Assembly: GCA_965204725.1 (NCBI GenBank)
Contig: OZ242005.1
Span: forward strand, 2,976,001 to 3,040,000
From: Candidatus Latescibacterota bacterium
GTDB taxonomy: Bacteria; Latescibacterota; UBA2968; UBA8231
Direction: 5' to 3'
DNA length: 64,000 nt
Shown here piece after piece: positions 1 to 9,497 of the stretch. A program made the position numbers and the translations under genes. The notes under the pieces are model-generated. The model ran no database searches and was not told the origin of the DNA. It saw nothing but the letters and a program-made list of their open reading frames with translations. The stretch's first letter is position 1; each line of letters starts with the position of its first letter.

Positions 1-896
1 ATGGTGGTGGCGCGCTCCACGCCGCCGGGGATCACTTGCGCCGTGGCCGGGTCGAAATGCTCCGGCGGCGCAAACCCCCGGCCCGCCTGCCCGAAAAGCA
101 AGCGGTAGAAATAGGGAACGACCTTGTATTCGCCCAAGAGCAACCCGTAGGCTCGCTTGAGTTCCTCCGGCGACGCGCTCGCGGCAAAAGGCGAGTCCTC
201 GTCGTGAAACACCAGCGGCAGGCCGCCATCGGAAACAAAGGTGGGCGCGGCCACCACATACCCGTGCGAAGCGAGAAATTCAGCGAAGGAACTCCACATG
301 CCGTGGCTGCCAGCCAGCCCGTGCGCGAGGAGAATCAGCGGGAACGTGCCCTCTGCGGCCCGAGCGTCTTGCCACGCGCCCTGCGACGCATTGAGAATCC
401 GCTGGCCGATCTCGGCGAATGCGGCTTCCCGAGTCGCAGGGTTGGCCTCGGCCAGAATGCCGCCACCGCGCAGGTGAATGAACTGGGGCAGGACCACCTG
501 AGCCGCCGCGCCGAGCGTCCGCGCCATGTCGCCGGCTTGGAAGAAGAAGTCGTAGTAGTTGGCCCGCCGACCGCTCGTCGCGGCAAAGGGCGAGCGCGGC
601 CCGGCCAGCCGCCCCCCGGCCGTGTCCGGCTCCGCTGGATACCACAACTGAAACACCACCGTGCGGGTCTGTCCGGCGGCTTCCACCTCGCGCAGTAGAG
701 CGCGGTATTCAGGGCCGGCATAAGCGCTGTTCCAAGGGTCGAAGCGCTGGCGATTGTCCACGGCAAAACCCGTGGCCACGCCCACGGCGTAGTCGCCATA
801 AACGGCACTCTCCGGCAACGAGTCCATCTGGGCTCGGGTGCTCAAGGCCGACGCGAAAATCGCGAAAATCGCGACAGCTTTTGCTCTTTTGTCCAT
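1..896 (-). CDS. Secreted alpha/beta-hydrolase-fold protein (PAF-acetylhydrolase/dienelactone hydrolase-like); runs off the window edge
   Basis: Translated by hand from ATG at 896 (RBS AAAGGAG): MDKRAKAVAIFAIFASALS signal peptide, then VFQLWYPAE and FPLILLAHGLAGSHGMWSSFAEFLASHGYVVAAP. Not in the ORF track because no stop codon falls inside the window. Confidence 0.75.
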   Translation of the reverse strand, partial: MDKRAKAVAIFAIFASALSTRAQMDSLPESAVYGDYAVGVATGFAVDNRQRFDPWNSAYAGPEYRALLREVEAAGQTRTVVFQLWYPAEPDTAGGRLAGPRSPFAATSGRRANYYDFFFQAGDMARTLGAAAQVVLPQFIHLRGGGILAEANPATREAAFAEIGQRILNASQGAWQDARAAEGTFPLILLAHGLAGSHGMWSSFAEFLASHGYVVAAPTFVSDGGLPLVFHDEDSPFAASASPEELKRAYGLLLGEYKVVPYFYRLLFGQAGRGFAPPEHFDPATAQVIPGGVERATT

Positions 897-979
897 GACG
901 TGTGCTCCTTTGGTAACATCGTGCTCCGCTCGGTGCGTAGGTCCTTAGTACGCCTTTTCTGCTGTTGCCGCTGCGTCCG

Positions 980-1006
980 GGATCGAGGGCGTCCCGCCCT
1001 CGATCC
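980..1006. repeat. Perfect 12-bp-stem hairpin (REP-like)
   Basis: GGATCGAGGGCG-TCC-CGCCCTCGATCC. Confidence 0.8.
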
Positions 1007-1151
1007 TAAGAAGCTGTCTGAAAACTCTAGTAGTCGTCCCTTGCGTCTAAACTATCCCGTCTGGATTCCCGCTTTCGCGGGAATGACGGATCCTGTCTAT
1101 ACGGCTTGTTCAACAGGACCCAACGGTGGGTTTTCAGACAGCCTCTTAGGA
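1004..1151. mobile_element. MITE-like non-autonomous element with 22-bp terminal inverted repeats and an internal dRS3-like palindrome
   Basis: TCCTAAGAAGCTGTCTGAAAAC (1004-1025) and GTTTTCAGACAGCCTCTTAGGA (1130-1151) are inverted with 1 mismatch. Internal ATTCCC-GCTTTCGC-GGGAAT at 1065-1084. No transposase ORF. Confidence 0.6.
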
Positions 1152-1323
1152 AGGTTGGCCGCGGATGTCGGGTAGTAAGGCGTAGGTCTCTTTTGCTCAC
1201 TCAGGGCCGTCTTCTTGACCCTCTAATGACAATAAACCATTCTTAAAAGCAGGATCAAGTCAACAAACCTCGGAGCACCCTCGGAAGCCCATCAGACCGC
1301 CGACCCCACCCCAAGGAGCTATT

Positions 1324-4014
1324 ATGAACTCCGTTTTTCCCTTTAGCGAAGTAGCCCGGTTGCCCATGCCCGGGGACAATGTGGCGATTGCGACCCGGCG
1401 CTTAGCCGCGGGCACGAGAATCGACTGCGAAGGGCGGTCGTTCACTTTGTCCCACACGGTGATGGAAGGCCATCGCTTTGCCGTGGAGCCGATTGAACCC
1501 GGCCAGTTCCTGCTGTCGTGGCAACTGCCCTTTGGCGTGGCCGAGCGCGTCCTCAAGCCGGGCGACTACGCCTGCAACCAGAGCATGCTCGACGCCTTGG
1601 GCATCCGGCAGTTGGACTTTGACCTGCCCGCGCAGGCCAATTTCGTCGATCGCATTGAGCCGTATCAACTCGATCCGGCCACGTTCCGGCCTAGGGTGGT
1701 GCTCAATCCACATGAGGAGCGGCGGACCTTTCTCGGCTATGGTCGCTCCGGGGGACGAGGCGTGGGTACGCGCAATTACATCGTCGTCTTGGGCACCTCC
1801 TCGCGCACGGCCAGTTATGCCCGGCTGTTGGCCGAGCGCTGGATCGGCCGGCCGGCCGGCGACGGCGTGGTGCCGATTGCCCATACCGAGGGCGGCGGCG
1901 GGTCCGCTCCCAACAACCGCGAACTCCTATTGCGCACCCTAGCCGGCTTTGTCGTCCATCCCAATATCGGCGCGGTGCTGGCGGTGGATTATGGCAGCGA
2001 AGCCGTGACCAACAAAATGCTGCGGGAGTACATGGTCGCGCACGGCTATGGCCTCGACCACGTCCGGTGTCGCTTTATGAGCTTGGATGGCTCCTTTGCG
2101 GCGCGCTTGGAAGAGGGCGATCGGCAGGTGGCGGCTTGGGCGCGGGAAATGGCGGGCGAGGAGCGGAGCGAGCACGACCTAAGCTACCTCAAGCTGGCCT
2201 TGCAGTGCGGCGGCTCAGACGCCTTTTCCGGGATTTCGGGCAATCCGCTGGCCGCTTGGGTGGCGCGCGAGTTGATCCGCTACGGCGGCGCTGCCAACCT
2301 CGCCGAGACCGACGAGCTGATCGGCGCCGAACCGTACGTGCTGCAAAACGTCAAGGATGTGGAGACGGCGCGCACCTTTTTGCAGATGGTCGAGTGCTTT
2401 AAGGAGCGGGTGTCGTGGCACGGGGCCTCGGCCGAGGGCAATCCCTCGGGCGGCAACAAATTTCGCGGTCTCTACAATATCGCGCTCAAGTCCATTGGCG
2501 CGGCGCGCAAGCGCGATCCAGACGTGCGCTTGGACTACGCCATTGAATACGGCGAGCCGCTCCGAGGAACGGGTTTCCACTTTATGGACAGTCCGGGCAA
2601 CGACCTAGAAAGCATCGCCGGGCAGGTCGCCAGCGGCTGCAACGCCATTTTCTTTGTCACGGGCAACGGCTCCATCACCAACTTTCCGTTTGTGCCTACG
2701 ATCAAAATCGTCACCACCTCGGAGCGCTACCAGTTGCTGGCCGCGGATCTCGATGTCAATGCCGGGGCCTACTTGGATGGCGCGTCTATGGACGAGTTGG
2801 GGCAGGCGTTGTTTGAGCGCACCGTGCGGGTTGCCTCGGGCGAGCACTCGCTGGGCGAGCAGGCCGGTCACGCCCAAGTGTCCATCTGGCGCGACTGGCA
2901 ACAGACCGATGCCAGTCGGCTGGCGGAACTGTTGGCCGCGCCCGCGCCCGAGGGCCGTCCTCTAGCGGTGCGGGACGAGGTTGGGCCTGCCGTGTCGTTC
3001 CCCATGCTGGACGGAGCGCACGGGGCCGCGATTGATCAAGTCGGGCTGGTTTTGCCCACCAGCCTGTGCGCTGGGCAGATCGCCCGGATGTGTGCCGAGC
3101 GGCTCAATGCCCGGCAAGTGGGTCGCGCACAGGGCCTGTCGCGCTTTGTCGCCTTGGTCCACACCGAAGGCTGTGGGCTGTCGTCGAGCGGTGCCACTGA
3201 GCAAATGCACTTGCGCACCATGATGGGGTACGCAGCGCATCCGCTGGCCCGGCGCGTTTTGTTGTTGGAGCACGGCTGCGAAAAGACCCACAACGACTAC
3301 ATGCGCAACGGCCTTGAGGAATGGGGCTTGGACCCGGCTGCTTTCGGCTGGGCTTCTGTGCAGTTGGACGGCGGCATTGTCAAGGCCATGGACAAGGTCG
3401 AGGCGTGGTTCCGCCAAACGCTGGCCGCGCTAAAAGCACCTGCTGCCGTACAACGCGGCTTTGCGGCCTTGCGCTTGGGGATGCAGGCGACAGGTGAGTT
3501 GGAGGCAGACGCGGCGCGGTCTTTTGCCCAATTGACGCGCTGGGTAGTGACGGCCGGCGGCACGGTGGTCGTCCCGCACAATGCGACGCTGCTGCGCGAA
3601 TCAGCGTATCTCGAATCCGTGCTAATCCAGCCCTCGGCTGCCGCGACATTGCCCTACGGCGAGGCGGCCACAGAGCCGGGTTTTTACATCATGGAGACGC
3701 CCACCGACCACTGGGTGGAGACGGCCACCGGACTGGGAGCTACGGGCGTGGACCTCATCTTGGCCCATACCGGCGAGCATCCCCTACAGGGGCACCCCCT
3801 GATGCCGGTGGTGCAGGTGAGCGCGAACCCGACGGTAGCGGCGCTCTACGGAGACGATATTGATTGGGCACTGACCGGTGCGGCGGACGATTGGGCCGAG
3901 CAGTTGGCCGCTTTGTTGGTTCGGGTAGCGCACGGCGACTACACCCCCGGTGCCTTACAGCAGCGCAACGTTGACTTCCAACTGACGCGCGGCTTGCTGG
4001 GAGTTTCAACCTGA
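1324..4014 (+). CDS. UxaA/GarD-family sugar-acid dehydratase (altronate dehydratase-like) with SAF domain and a second, degenerate UxaA-like module
   Basis: DNVAIA SAF start, GVGTRNYI, LQCGGSDAFSGISGNP, GNPSGGNKFRGL, FMDSPGNDLES, FVTGNGS. RBS AAGGAG. Confidence 0.85.
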   Translation: MNSVFPFSEVARLPMPGDNVAIATRRLAAGTRIDCEGRSFTLSHTVMEGHRFAVEPIEPGQFLLSWQLPFGVAERVLKPGDYACNQSMLDALGIRQLDFDLPAQANFVDRIEPYQLDPATFRPRVVLNPHEERRTFLGYGRSGGRGVGTRNYIVVLGTSSRTASYARLLAERWIGRPAGDGVVPIAHTEGGGGSAPNNRELLLRTLAGFVVHPNIGAVLAVDYGSEAVTNKMLREYMVAHGYGLDHVRCRFMSLDGSFAARLEEGDRQVAAWAREMAGEERSEHDLSYLKLALQCGGSDAFSGISGNPLAAWVARELIRYGGAANLAETDELIGAEPYVLQNVKDVETARTFLQMVECFKERVSWHGASAEGNPSGGNKFRGLYNIALKSIGAARKRDPDVRLDYAIEYGEPLRGTGFHFMDSPGNDLESIAGQVASGCNAIFFVTGNGSITNFPFVPTIKIVTTSERYQLLAADLDVNAGAYLDGASMDELGQALFERTVRVASGEHSLGEQAGHAQVSIWRDWQQTDASRLAELLAAPAPEGRPLAVRDEVGPAVSFPMLDGAHGAAIDQVGLVLPTSLCAGQIARMCAERLNARQVGRAQGLSRFVALVHTEGCGLSSSGATEQMHLRTMMGYAAHPLARRVLLLEHGCEKTHNDYMRNGLEEWGLDPAAFGWASVQLDGGIVKAMDKVEAWFRQTLAALKAPAAVQRGFAALRLGMQATGELEADAARSFAQLTRWVVTAGGTVVVPHNATLLRESAYLESVLIQPSAAATLPYGEAATEPGFYIMETPTDHWVETATGLGATGVDLILAHTGEHPLQGHPLMPVVQVSANPTVAALYGDDIDWALTGAADDWAEQLAALLVRVAHGDYTPGALQQRNVDFQLTRGLLGVST

Positions 4015-4126
4015 GCGAGGAGAATTAGGCAGAGGCAATCAACGGCACCATAGCGGTGCTCTCCAAATTGACAGGAATTTTTTATCTTGTATGAAATCAA
4101 TTCCATTGCAACTAGGAGATGTGGAA

Positions 4127-4372
4127 ATGTATGCGCGTATGACTTCCAAAGGTCAGGTGACCATCCCGCAGGAGGTCCGCAAAAAACTCAAGCTGAAGGA
4201 AGGCGCATTAATCGCCTTTGTCCTTAAAGGGCAGCAGGCTGAAATAACTCAAGTCGAAGACGATGTAATGGCACTCAAGGGCAGTGTCCGGGTGCAAGGC
4301 CGCCAAAATTTCGCTCAGATCGAGACCGAAGTCGAAAAGAGAATCGCCCAAGATGTCGTCGGCGAGGCATAG
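4127..4372 (+). CDS. AbrB/MazE/SpoVT-family DNA-binding antitoxin (VapB-like)
   Basis: RMTSKGQVTIPQEVRKKLKLKEG AbrB signature. RBS AGGAGA before ATG 4127. Upstream TTGACA at 4068-4073. Confidence 0.85.
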   Translation: MYARMTSKGQVTIPQEVRKKLKLKEGALIAFVLKGQQAEITQVEDDVMALKGSVRVQGRQNFAQIETEVEKRIAQDVVGEA

Positions 4373-4451
4373 ATTCGTCGATACCAACATCTTCCTGCGC
4401 TTCCTCACCGAGGATATACCCCGTAAAAGTCGGCAGTTTTACCCTCCATAG
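4353..4451 (+). pseudogene. Truncated PIN-domain (VapC-like) toxin remnant
   Basis: MSSARHRFVDTNIFLRFLTEDIPRKSRQFYPP*: PIN N-terminal DTN motif overlapping the antitoxin stop. It ends after 32 aa inside the 3' end of the convergent gene. Confidence 0.7.
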
Positions 4452-5113
4452 CTCCGCTTCCGCGCCAGCGTCAGCCCGTCGCCAATCGACAGCAGGGACG
4501 CGGTGACTCGATGGTCGGCGCAGATTTTGGCGTTGAGCGCTCGGATGGCTGCGGTGCTCTCGTCCTGCACGTTGGCATCGGCGGGCCGCCCGCCCCACAG
4601 CACATTGTCTATTAGGATCAATCCGCCCAGGCGCAAAAGCTGCAAACAACGCTCGTAATAGGCGTCGTAATTTTCCTTGTCGGCGTCGATAAAGGCCAAG
4701 TCGAAGCAGCCCGCTTCTCCGGCCGCGAGCATTCCGTCAAGGGTGACTACCGCCGGTCCCAACCGCAATTCGATCTTGTCGGCCACGCCGGCCTCCTGCC
4801 AATAGCGCTGGGCGACGCGGGTAAACTCGTCGCTCACATCGCAGGCGATTAGACGCCCGTCCGCTGGCAGGGCTAGTGCCATCGCGAGGCTGCTGTAGCC
4901 AGTAAAAGTCCCCACTTCGACGATCCGCTTGGCGTCAATCAACTCGACGAGCAGGCCCATGAACTGCCCTTGATCGGGCGAGACTTGCATGCCGCCCATG
5001 GGCATGGCTTGGGTCTCTTGGCGCAACCGCCTGAACATGTCGCGGTCGCGCAGCGAGTTGGCGAGGATGTAGTCGTAAATGTGCGTTTCGATAAAACCAT
5101 TGCGGGAACTCAT
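4439..5113 (-). CDS. Class I SAM-dependent O-methyltransferase (COMT/caffeoyl-CoA OMT-like)
   Basis: MQVSPDQGQF, VEVGTFTGYS, FDLAFIDADK, LIDNVLW, IGDGLTL. Confidence 0.92.
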   Translation of the reverse strand: MSSRNGFIETHIYDYILANSLRDRDMFRRLRQETQAMPMGGMQVSPDQGQFMGLLVELIDAKRIVEVGTFTGYSSLAMALALPADGRLIACDVSDEFTRVAQRYWQEAGVADKIELRLGPAVVTLDGMLAAGEAGCFDLAFIDADKENYDAYYERCLQLLRLGGLILIDNVLWGGRPADANVQDESTAAIRALNAKICADHRVTASLLSIGDGLTLARKRSYGG

Positions 5114-5185
5114 GGGCCGACCTTTCGCAAAAGAGGATACGGGAAGTTTTGCCAAAGTAAGCGGCGGTCGCGCCCCGCACAACTT

Positions 5186-6508
5186 TCAGTCGCCGCCCAC
5201 GGCCAACAACCTAAATCCCCCGGCCGCCAACTCCACGGTCAAGGTTCGGCCGGCGACCGCCAAGGCCGCGCCGGTCGCTGCATCGCGGGCCGCATCCTTC
5301 TTCAGGCCCAGCACCACGCGCCGCCGCTCCCAAGTGCGCCGATTGACGACCAACACGTGGGTCTGCTGCTGGAGGTCGCCAAAAAATCCGAACTCCAAGT
5401 CTGCGTCCGCCGCGGCGACCAGTTCGTTTTTAGCGAGCGGGTCTGCGCCGGTCGCGCCGCGAAAGTACAGGCCCGCGAGCACCGGACTCAGCGCGTGTAC
5501 CTGCTCGTTGATCTTTTGCCCGGCCGCATAGCTCGCCGTAGGAGCCCCATCTCGATCGACCAACCCCTCATACCAGCGCACCTGAACCAACTCGCCGCGG
5601 GCATTGCGCACTTTTTCGCGGCCCGAGCTGTAGAGAAAATAGACGATGCCCGAGGCCCCCCGCGTCAGTGCCAACCCCACTTGGACGGAAATTTCCGCGG
5701 GCGAGGGCTTGCGATAGTACGGCTTCCCGTCCCGCGTCTCGCTGTGTACTTGCACGATGGCGTGCCAGCGTCCCCAGTGTTCGCGCAGGTGCGCGGCGAC
5801 TTGGTCGTATCCGGCGATCAACGCGCTGAGCCGACGCTGTAGGCCCGCGCCAGTGCGCGGCGCATGGCTCCTAAATACGTAGTGCTCGTGTTGGAAGATA
5901 TTGGGCGGCCCGCGCCGGCGGAAAAACGCATCGGCAAAGGCCCGGGGGTCCTCGTAGTGGTCGAGCCGCCCCACGGTGAGGGCCGGCCGCAGGGAGTCGG
6001 CGTGCCCGAGGGCTGACACGACCTCGGCGAGCGCATCGTAGTACTCTTGCTGATAATCCTCGTGCCCCACGAGATAGCCCTGCAATCCGGCCGCGCCCTC
6101 CCACTGCGCGACGAGGGCTTGCACACGCCGGGCTAGCGAGTCGGCAAAACCCGCGCCCACCGGGGAGCGCGTGGCCCAGTGTTGCAGCTTGTCGTAGGGC
6201 GTGTACCCAGGCGGCTCGTAAAAGACCGGCATCTGCAAGCCGCGGGCATTGCAAAAATCCATGGCCCACTCTTCGGCCGTTTTTCCTCCCGCCTCGGCCC
6301 GCTGCAACCACTCTAGCTGATTCAGGCCCAGTTCGACGAGCTGCTGTCGGTCCGCAGCGCTGAACCGATAGGTGTCTAGCCCGGCCGGCAGCCACGCGCC
6401 CACGACGAGGGGGCCGATGGGGGTGGGAACGGCGGGACGCTGGGGCTGGGGCTCACACCCGGCCCCGGCCAGCAACACCGCCGCGAGATAGAGGCCGTAG
6501 AACCTCAA
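5186..6508 (-). CDS. Hypothetical lipoprotein, possibly glycoside-hydrolase-like
   Basis: Lipobox-like LLAGAGC. Long ORF overlapping the upstream gene's stop. GASGIVYF segment is reminiscent of GH TIM barrels. Confidence 0.6.
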   Translation of the reverse strand: MRFYGLYLAAVLLAGAGCEPQPQRPAVPTPIGPLVVGAWLPAGLDTYRFSAADRQQLVELGLNQLEWLQRAEAGGKTAEEWAMDFCNARGLQMPVFYEPPGYTPYDKLQHWATRSPVGAGFADSLARRVQALVAQWEGAAGLQGYLVGHEDYQQEYYDALAEVVSALGHADSLRPALTVGRLDHYEDPRAFADAFFRRRGPPNIFQHEHYVFRSHAPRTGAGLQRRLSALIAGYDQVAAHLREHWGRWHAIVQVHSETRDGKPYYRKPSPAEISVQVGLALTRGASGIVYFLYSSGREKVRNARGELVQVRWYEGLVDRDGAPTASYAAGQKINEQVHALSPVLAGLYFRGATGADPLAKNELVAAADADLEFGFFGDLQQQTHVLVVNRRTWERRRVVLGLKKDAARDAATGAALAVAGRTLTVELAAGGFRLLAVGGD

Positions 6509-6852
6509 GATTGGAGCTTGGGATTTTCTGCGTGACGCCGCCGGTCGCGTCGGGTCTTCTTGGCCAGCGTGCGTTGGAAGGACTCTTCTAAGTCAACCCC
6601 GGTCTGATTGGCGAGACATAGCAGGACGAAGAGCACGTCGGCCATCTCCATGCCGAGATCGGCTTCCTCGCCCTCCTTAAAGCTCTGCTCCCCAAAGGTG
6701 CGAGCCATGATCCGCGCCAGCTCGCCGACTTCCTCCATCAGCACGGCCGTATTGGTCAACTCGGAGAAGTAGCGCACGCCGACCTCGGCGATCCACTCTT
6801 CTACTGCCCGCTGGCAAGCGCGGAGGGTGTGCTCAGGCGCGGGCTGGTTCAT
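6505..6852 (-). CDS. MazG-like nucleotide pyrophosphohydrolase (YpjD-like)
   Basis: YFSELTNTAVLMEEVGELAR ... EMADVLFVLLCLANQTGVDL. Confidence 0.9.
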   Translation of the reverse strand: MNQPAPEHTLRACQRAVEEWIAEVGVRYFSELTNTAVLMEEVGELARIMARTFGEQSFKEGEEADLGMEMADVLFVLLCLANQTGVDLEESFQRTLAKKTRRDRRRHAENPKLQS

Positions 6853-7960
6853 GGGGAACGGGGGCCAGACCGTCCTGCTGGCGTTGGGCATTGACCTCGT
6901 CCAAACGCCAAGGTACGGCCGATCCGTCGGCGCGAAAGCGCTTGTAGTAGCCGCCTTGGTTGAGGCGGGCGATGGGCATGAGCGGAGCGGCCGGCCGCAG
7001 TTCGGCTAGAGCCGCGCCATGGAGCACCGCACCGCTCGCGAGATCGACGACCTCGATTTGCTCGGGGTCAATGATGCCCAAGCCGCGGGCGTGGGCGCAT
7101 TGCAGATAGGGGGTGGCCTGCGGGTCGAGGCCCATCAGGTAGGTGGCCACGGCATCTACCTGCACTTCGTTGACGCCGGCCAAAGCCCAGCCGAGGGGGT
7201 AGTTGGCCCCTTCGTTGAACGCCGTGCCGTCGCGCCCGACCAAGCCATCGACCACCGAAAGCCGCGGAATCCCCAAGCCGCGCAACGCGACCAATAGATC
7301 GCAGAGCTTGTGATAGAAGCGGTCTTCAAAGAGGCTGAGGCCGCTCTCGGTCAGCCGCCATAGCTCCTCGGCGCAAGGCTCATCTACCGCTTGGATCGCG
7401 CACAGGTGCCGCTCGGGCTTGGCTACGATGCCCATTAGGTTTTTGATCGACAAGGTCGTGCAGCCCAAGTTGTGGCACTTGGCGAGAGGGACGTTCAAAA
7501 AGAAGGCGCAATCGGTCACTTCCCGGTACAGGGGATAGCACTCGTACACCACGCCATCGGCGACCTCAACGACGCGGGAATCCTCGTCGTCGTTCATTTC
7601 TTCGAGGCGCACGCCCCGCTCCTCGGCCATGGCGCGGTAGCCGCATCGTTCCCAAGTATGCCCGGCCGCGGCGTTTTCCCCGGACTGACCGTCGGCAACG
7701 ACCATGCGCTCGGCCGCTACGCCTTGGTTGGACAGGGCGTCGAGCAGGCCGCCGACAAATCCGGGGTGGGTGATGACGCGCTTTTCCGGTGGATAGAGCA
7801 CCGTGGCGTTGGGCTTGAGCAAGATGGTGCCTGCGGCCGGTAGCGGCACCTGTAGGGCGGCGAGGGTGCGATGGGCCAACGCCCGGTAGGTCGCAAAAGG
7901 AGCTTCGGCGCGGTCGAGGGGCGAGCGCGCTACATATACTGAGTCGGGGTGTACGAGCAT
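6833..7960 (-). CDS. DUF362 domain-containing protein
   Basis: ILLKPN, THPGFV, NVPLAKCH, TLSIKNLMG, VVDG, VQVDAVA. Confidence 0.85.
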   Translation of the reverse strand: MLVHPDSVYVARSPLDRAEAPFATYRALAHRTLAALQVPLPAAGTILLKPNATVLYPPEKRVITHPGFVGGLLDALSNQGVAAERMVVADGQSGENAAAGHTWERCGYRAMAEERGVRLEEMNDDEDSRVVEVADGVVYECYPLYREVTDCAFFLNVPLAKCHNLGCTTLSIKNLMGIVAKPERHLCAIQAVDEPCAEELWRLTESGLSLFEDRFYHKLCDLLVALRGLGIPRLSVVDGLVGRDGTAFNEGANYPLGWALAGVNEVQVDAVATYLMGLDPQATPYLQCAHARGLGIIDPEQIEVVDLASGAVLHGAALAELRPAAPLMPIARLNQGGYYKRFRADGSAVPWRLDEVNAQRQQDGLAPVPHEPARA

Positions 7961-7987
7961 GGTGAATTCCCCTAGTGATCGGCAAGC

Positions 7988-8024
7988 AAAAGCGGCCGAG
8001 AGCCCCGAGCTCCCGACCGCTTTT
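7988..8024 (-). terminator. Probable intrinsic terminator downstream of murA
   Basis: AAAAGCGG...CCGCTTTT inverted repeat with T-tracts on both strands. Confidence 0.5.
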
Positions 8025-8049
8025 AGTCGCCTTGGAGGCGCGACGCGCC

Positions 8050-9321
8050 TCAGTGCCTTTCGATGTCGGCGCCCAAGGCCCGTAGGCGGTGCTCGATGTG
8101 GGCGTGCCCGCGGTCGAGCTGGTAGAGGTTGCTGATTTCGGTGTCGCCTTCGGCCGCTAGACCGGCGAGTACGCAGGCGGCCCCAGCGCGAATGTCCATG
8201 GCCTTGACTTTGGCCCCTTTGAGCTGCGCCGGGCCATGCACCAACACTAGGCGATCCTTTTCCGGCGCGATGCGAGCGCCGAAAGAGCGCAAGGCCTTGA
8301 CGTGGCCGAGGCGATCTTCAAACACGGTCTCGCGGATGTAGCTGTCGCCTTTGGCCATGCAGGCCAAGGCTGTCATCCCGGGCTGTAGGTCGGTTGGGAA
8401 GCCGGGGTAAAAGGTGGTCACTACGTTGATCGGCGACAAGGTTTTCGGCCCGCGCACCCGCATCCAAGCCCCTTGTTCCGTCATCTCGACCCCCATCTGC
8501 TGGAGCTTGGCCTCAAAGACGTACAGGTGATCGCGGACCACGCCCTTGAGGGCGATGTCGCCGCCGGTAATCGCCCCGGCCATCATCAGGAGACCCGCGT
8601 CGAGGCGGTCGTACATGATCGTGTGCTCGGTGCCGACCAATTCGCGGACTCCCTTGATATGCACTCGCCGCGTACCCGCTCCCTCTATTTGGGCACCCAT
8701 CTTTGTGAGGAACGCGGCAAAATCGACGATCTCCGGGTCGGAGGCCGCGTTTTCAATCGCGGATTCGCCCTCTGCTAGACAGGCCGCCATCACGAGATTT
8801 TCCACCCCGGTATGGCTGGGCAAATCGCAGTACATAAAGGCCCCGGAGAGCCGCTTGGCCACCACGTCGATGCCGCCGCCGATCACGCTTTGGACTTCGG
8901 CCCCGAGCCGGGCAAAGCCGCGATAGTGATAATCCGTTGGCCGCGAGCCAATCGTGCAGCCGCCGACCTCTTGGATCCAAGCGCGGCCAAAGCGGGCCAA
9001 CAGCGGCCCGACGAAAAGCAGCGAGGCGCGAAAGCGCTTGGTCAAATCCTCGGGCAACCGGGTCTCTTTGACATCGCGGGTGTCTAGGACAGCTACTCTC
9101 TCGGTTGCATCGTAATCAACGCGGGCGCCGAGCCGACGCAGCACCGCGAGGGCGACCAATACGTCTTTGACCGGGGGGACCCGGTGCAAAACGGTTTGCC
9201 CTTCAGTGGCCAACAGCGAAGCGGCCAACATGGGCAAAGCGGCGTTTTTGGCCCCCTGAACCTCGACCTCACCTTGCAAAGGGCGGCCGCCGCGCACGAA
9301 AAGGACTTCTGTAGAACTCAT
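8050..9321 (-). CDS. murA: UDP-N-acetylglucosamine 1-carboxyvinyltransferase
   Basis: GAKNAALP, RASLL, GGCTIGSRP (catalytic Cys), PGFPTDLQ, DIRAGA, LDRG. Confidence 0.95.
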   Translation of the reverse strand: MSSTEVLFVRGGRPLQGEVEVQGAKNAALPMLAASLLATEGQTVLHRVPPVKDVLVALAVLRRLGARVDYDATERVAVLDTRDVKETRLPEDLTKRFRASLLFVGPLLARFGRAWIQEVGGCTIGSRPTDYHYRGFARLGAEVQSVIGGGIDVVAKRLSGAFMYCDLPSHTGVENLVMAACLAEGESAIENAASDPEIVDFAAFLTKMGAQIEGAGTRRVHIKGVRELVGTEHTIMYDRLDAGLLMMAGAITGGDIALKGVVRDHLYVFEAKLQQMGVEMTEQGAWMRVRGPKTLSPINVVTTFYPGFPTDLQPGMTALACMAKGDSYIRETVFEDRLGHVKALRSFGARIAPEKDRLVLVHGPAQLKGAKVKAMDIRAGAACVLAGLAAEGDTEISNLYQLDRGHAHIEHRLRALGADIERH

Positions 9322-9421
9322 TGCCAATCCTAAAGTTAAGCAGGAGAGTAAATATAAAAGGTGAGGGGATAGCTCAAATGTAACGCCGGGTATTCGGTTC
9401 GTCAATCACATAGTACCGTGC

Positions 9422-9449
9422 TTGACAGGGAAGGGCGCGGCTCTATATT
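9422..9449 (+). promoter_or_regulatory. Sigma70-type promoter for the glutaredoxin gene
   Basis: TTGACA-N16-TATATT. Confidence 0.55.
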
Positions 9450-9497
9450 TCACCGAACGCAAAACAGCCTCTATCACGCCAGAAAGGAATCCCAATC

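Noticed and set aside
36-698. 220-aa plus-strand ORF
   Set aside because: It is the antisense shadow of the minus-strand hydrolase gene starting at 896.
900-1175. 91-aa ORF across the repeat element
   Set aside because: It is a translation of palindromic repeat DNA (WIPAFAGMT is the dRS3-like core), not a credible gene.
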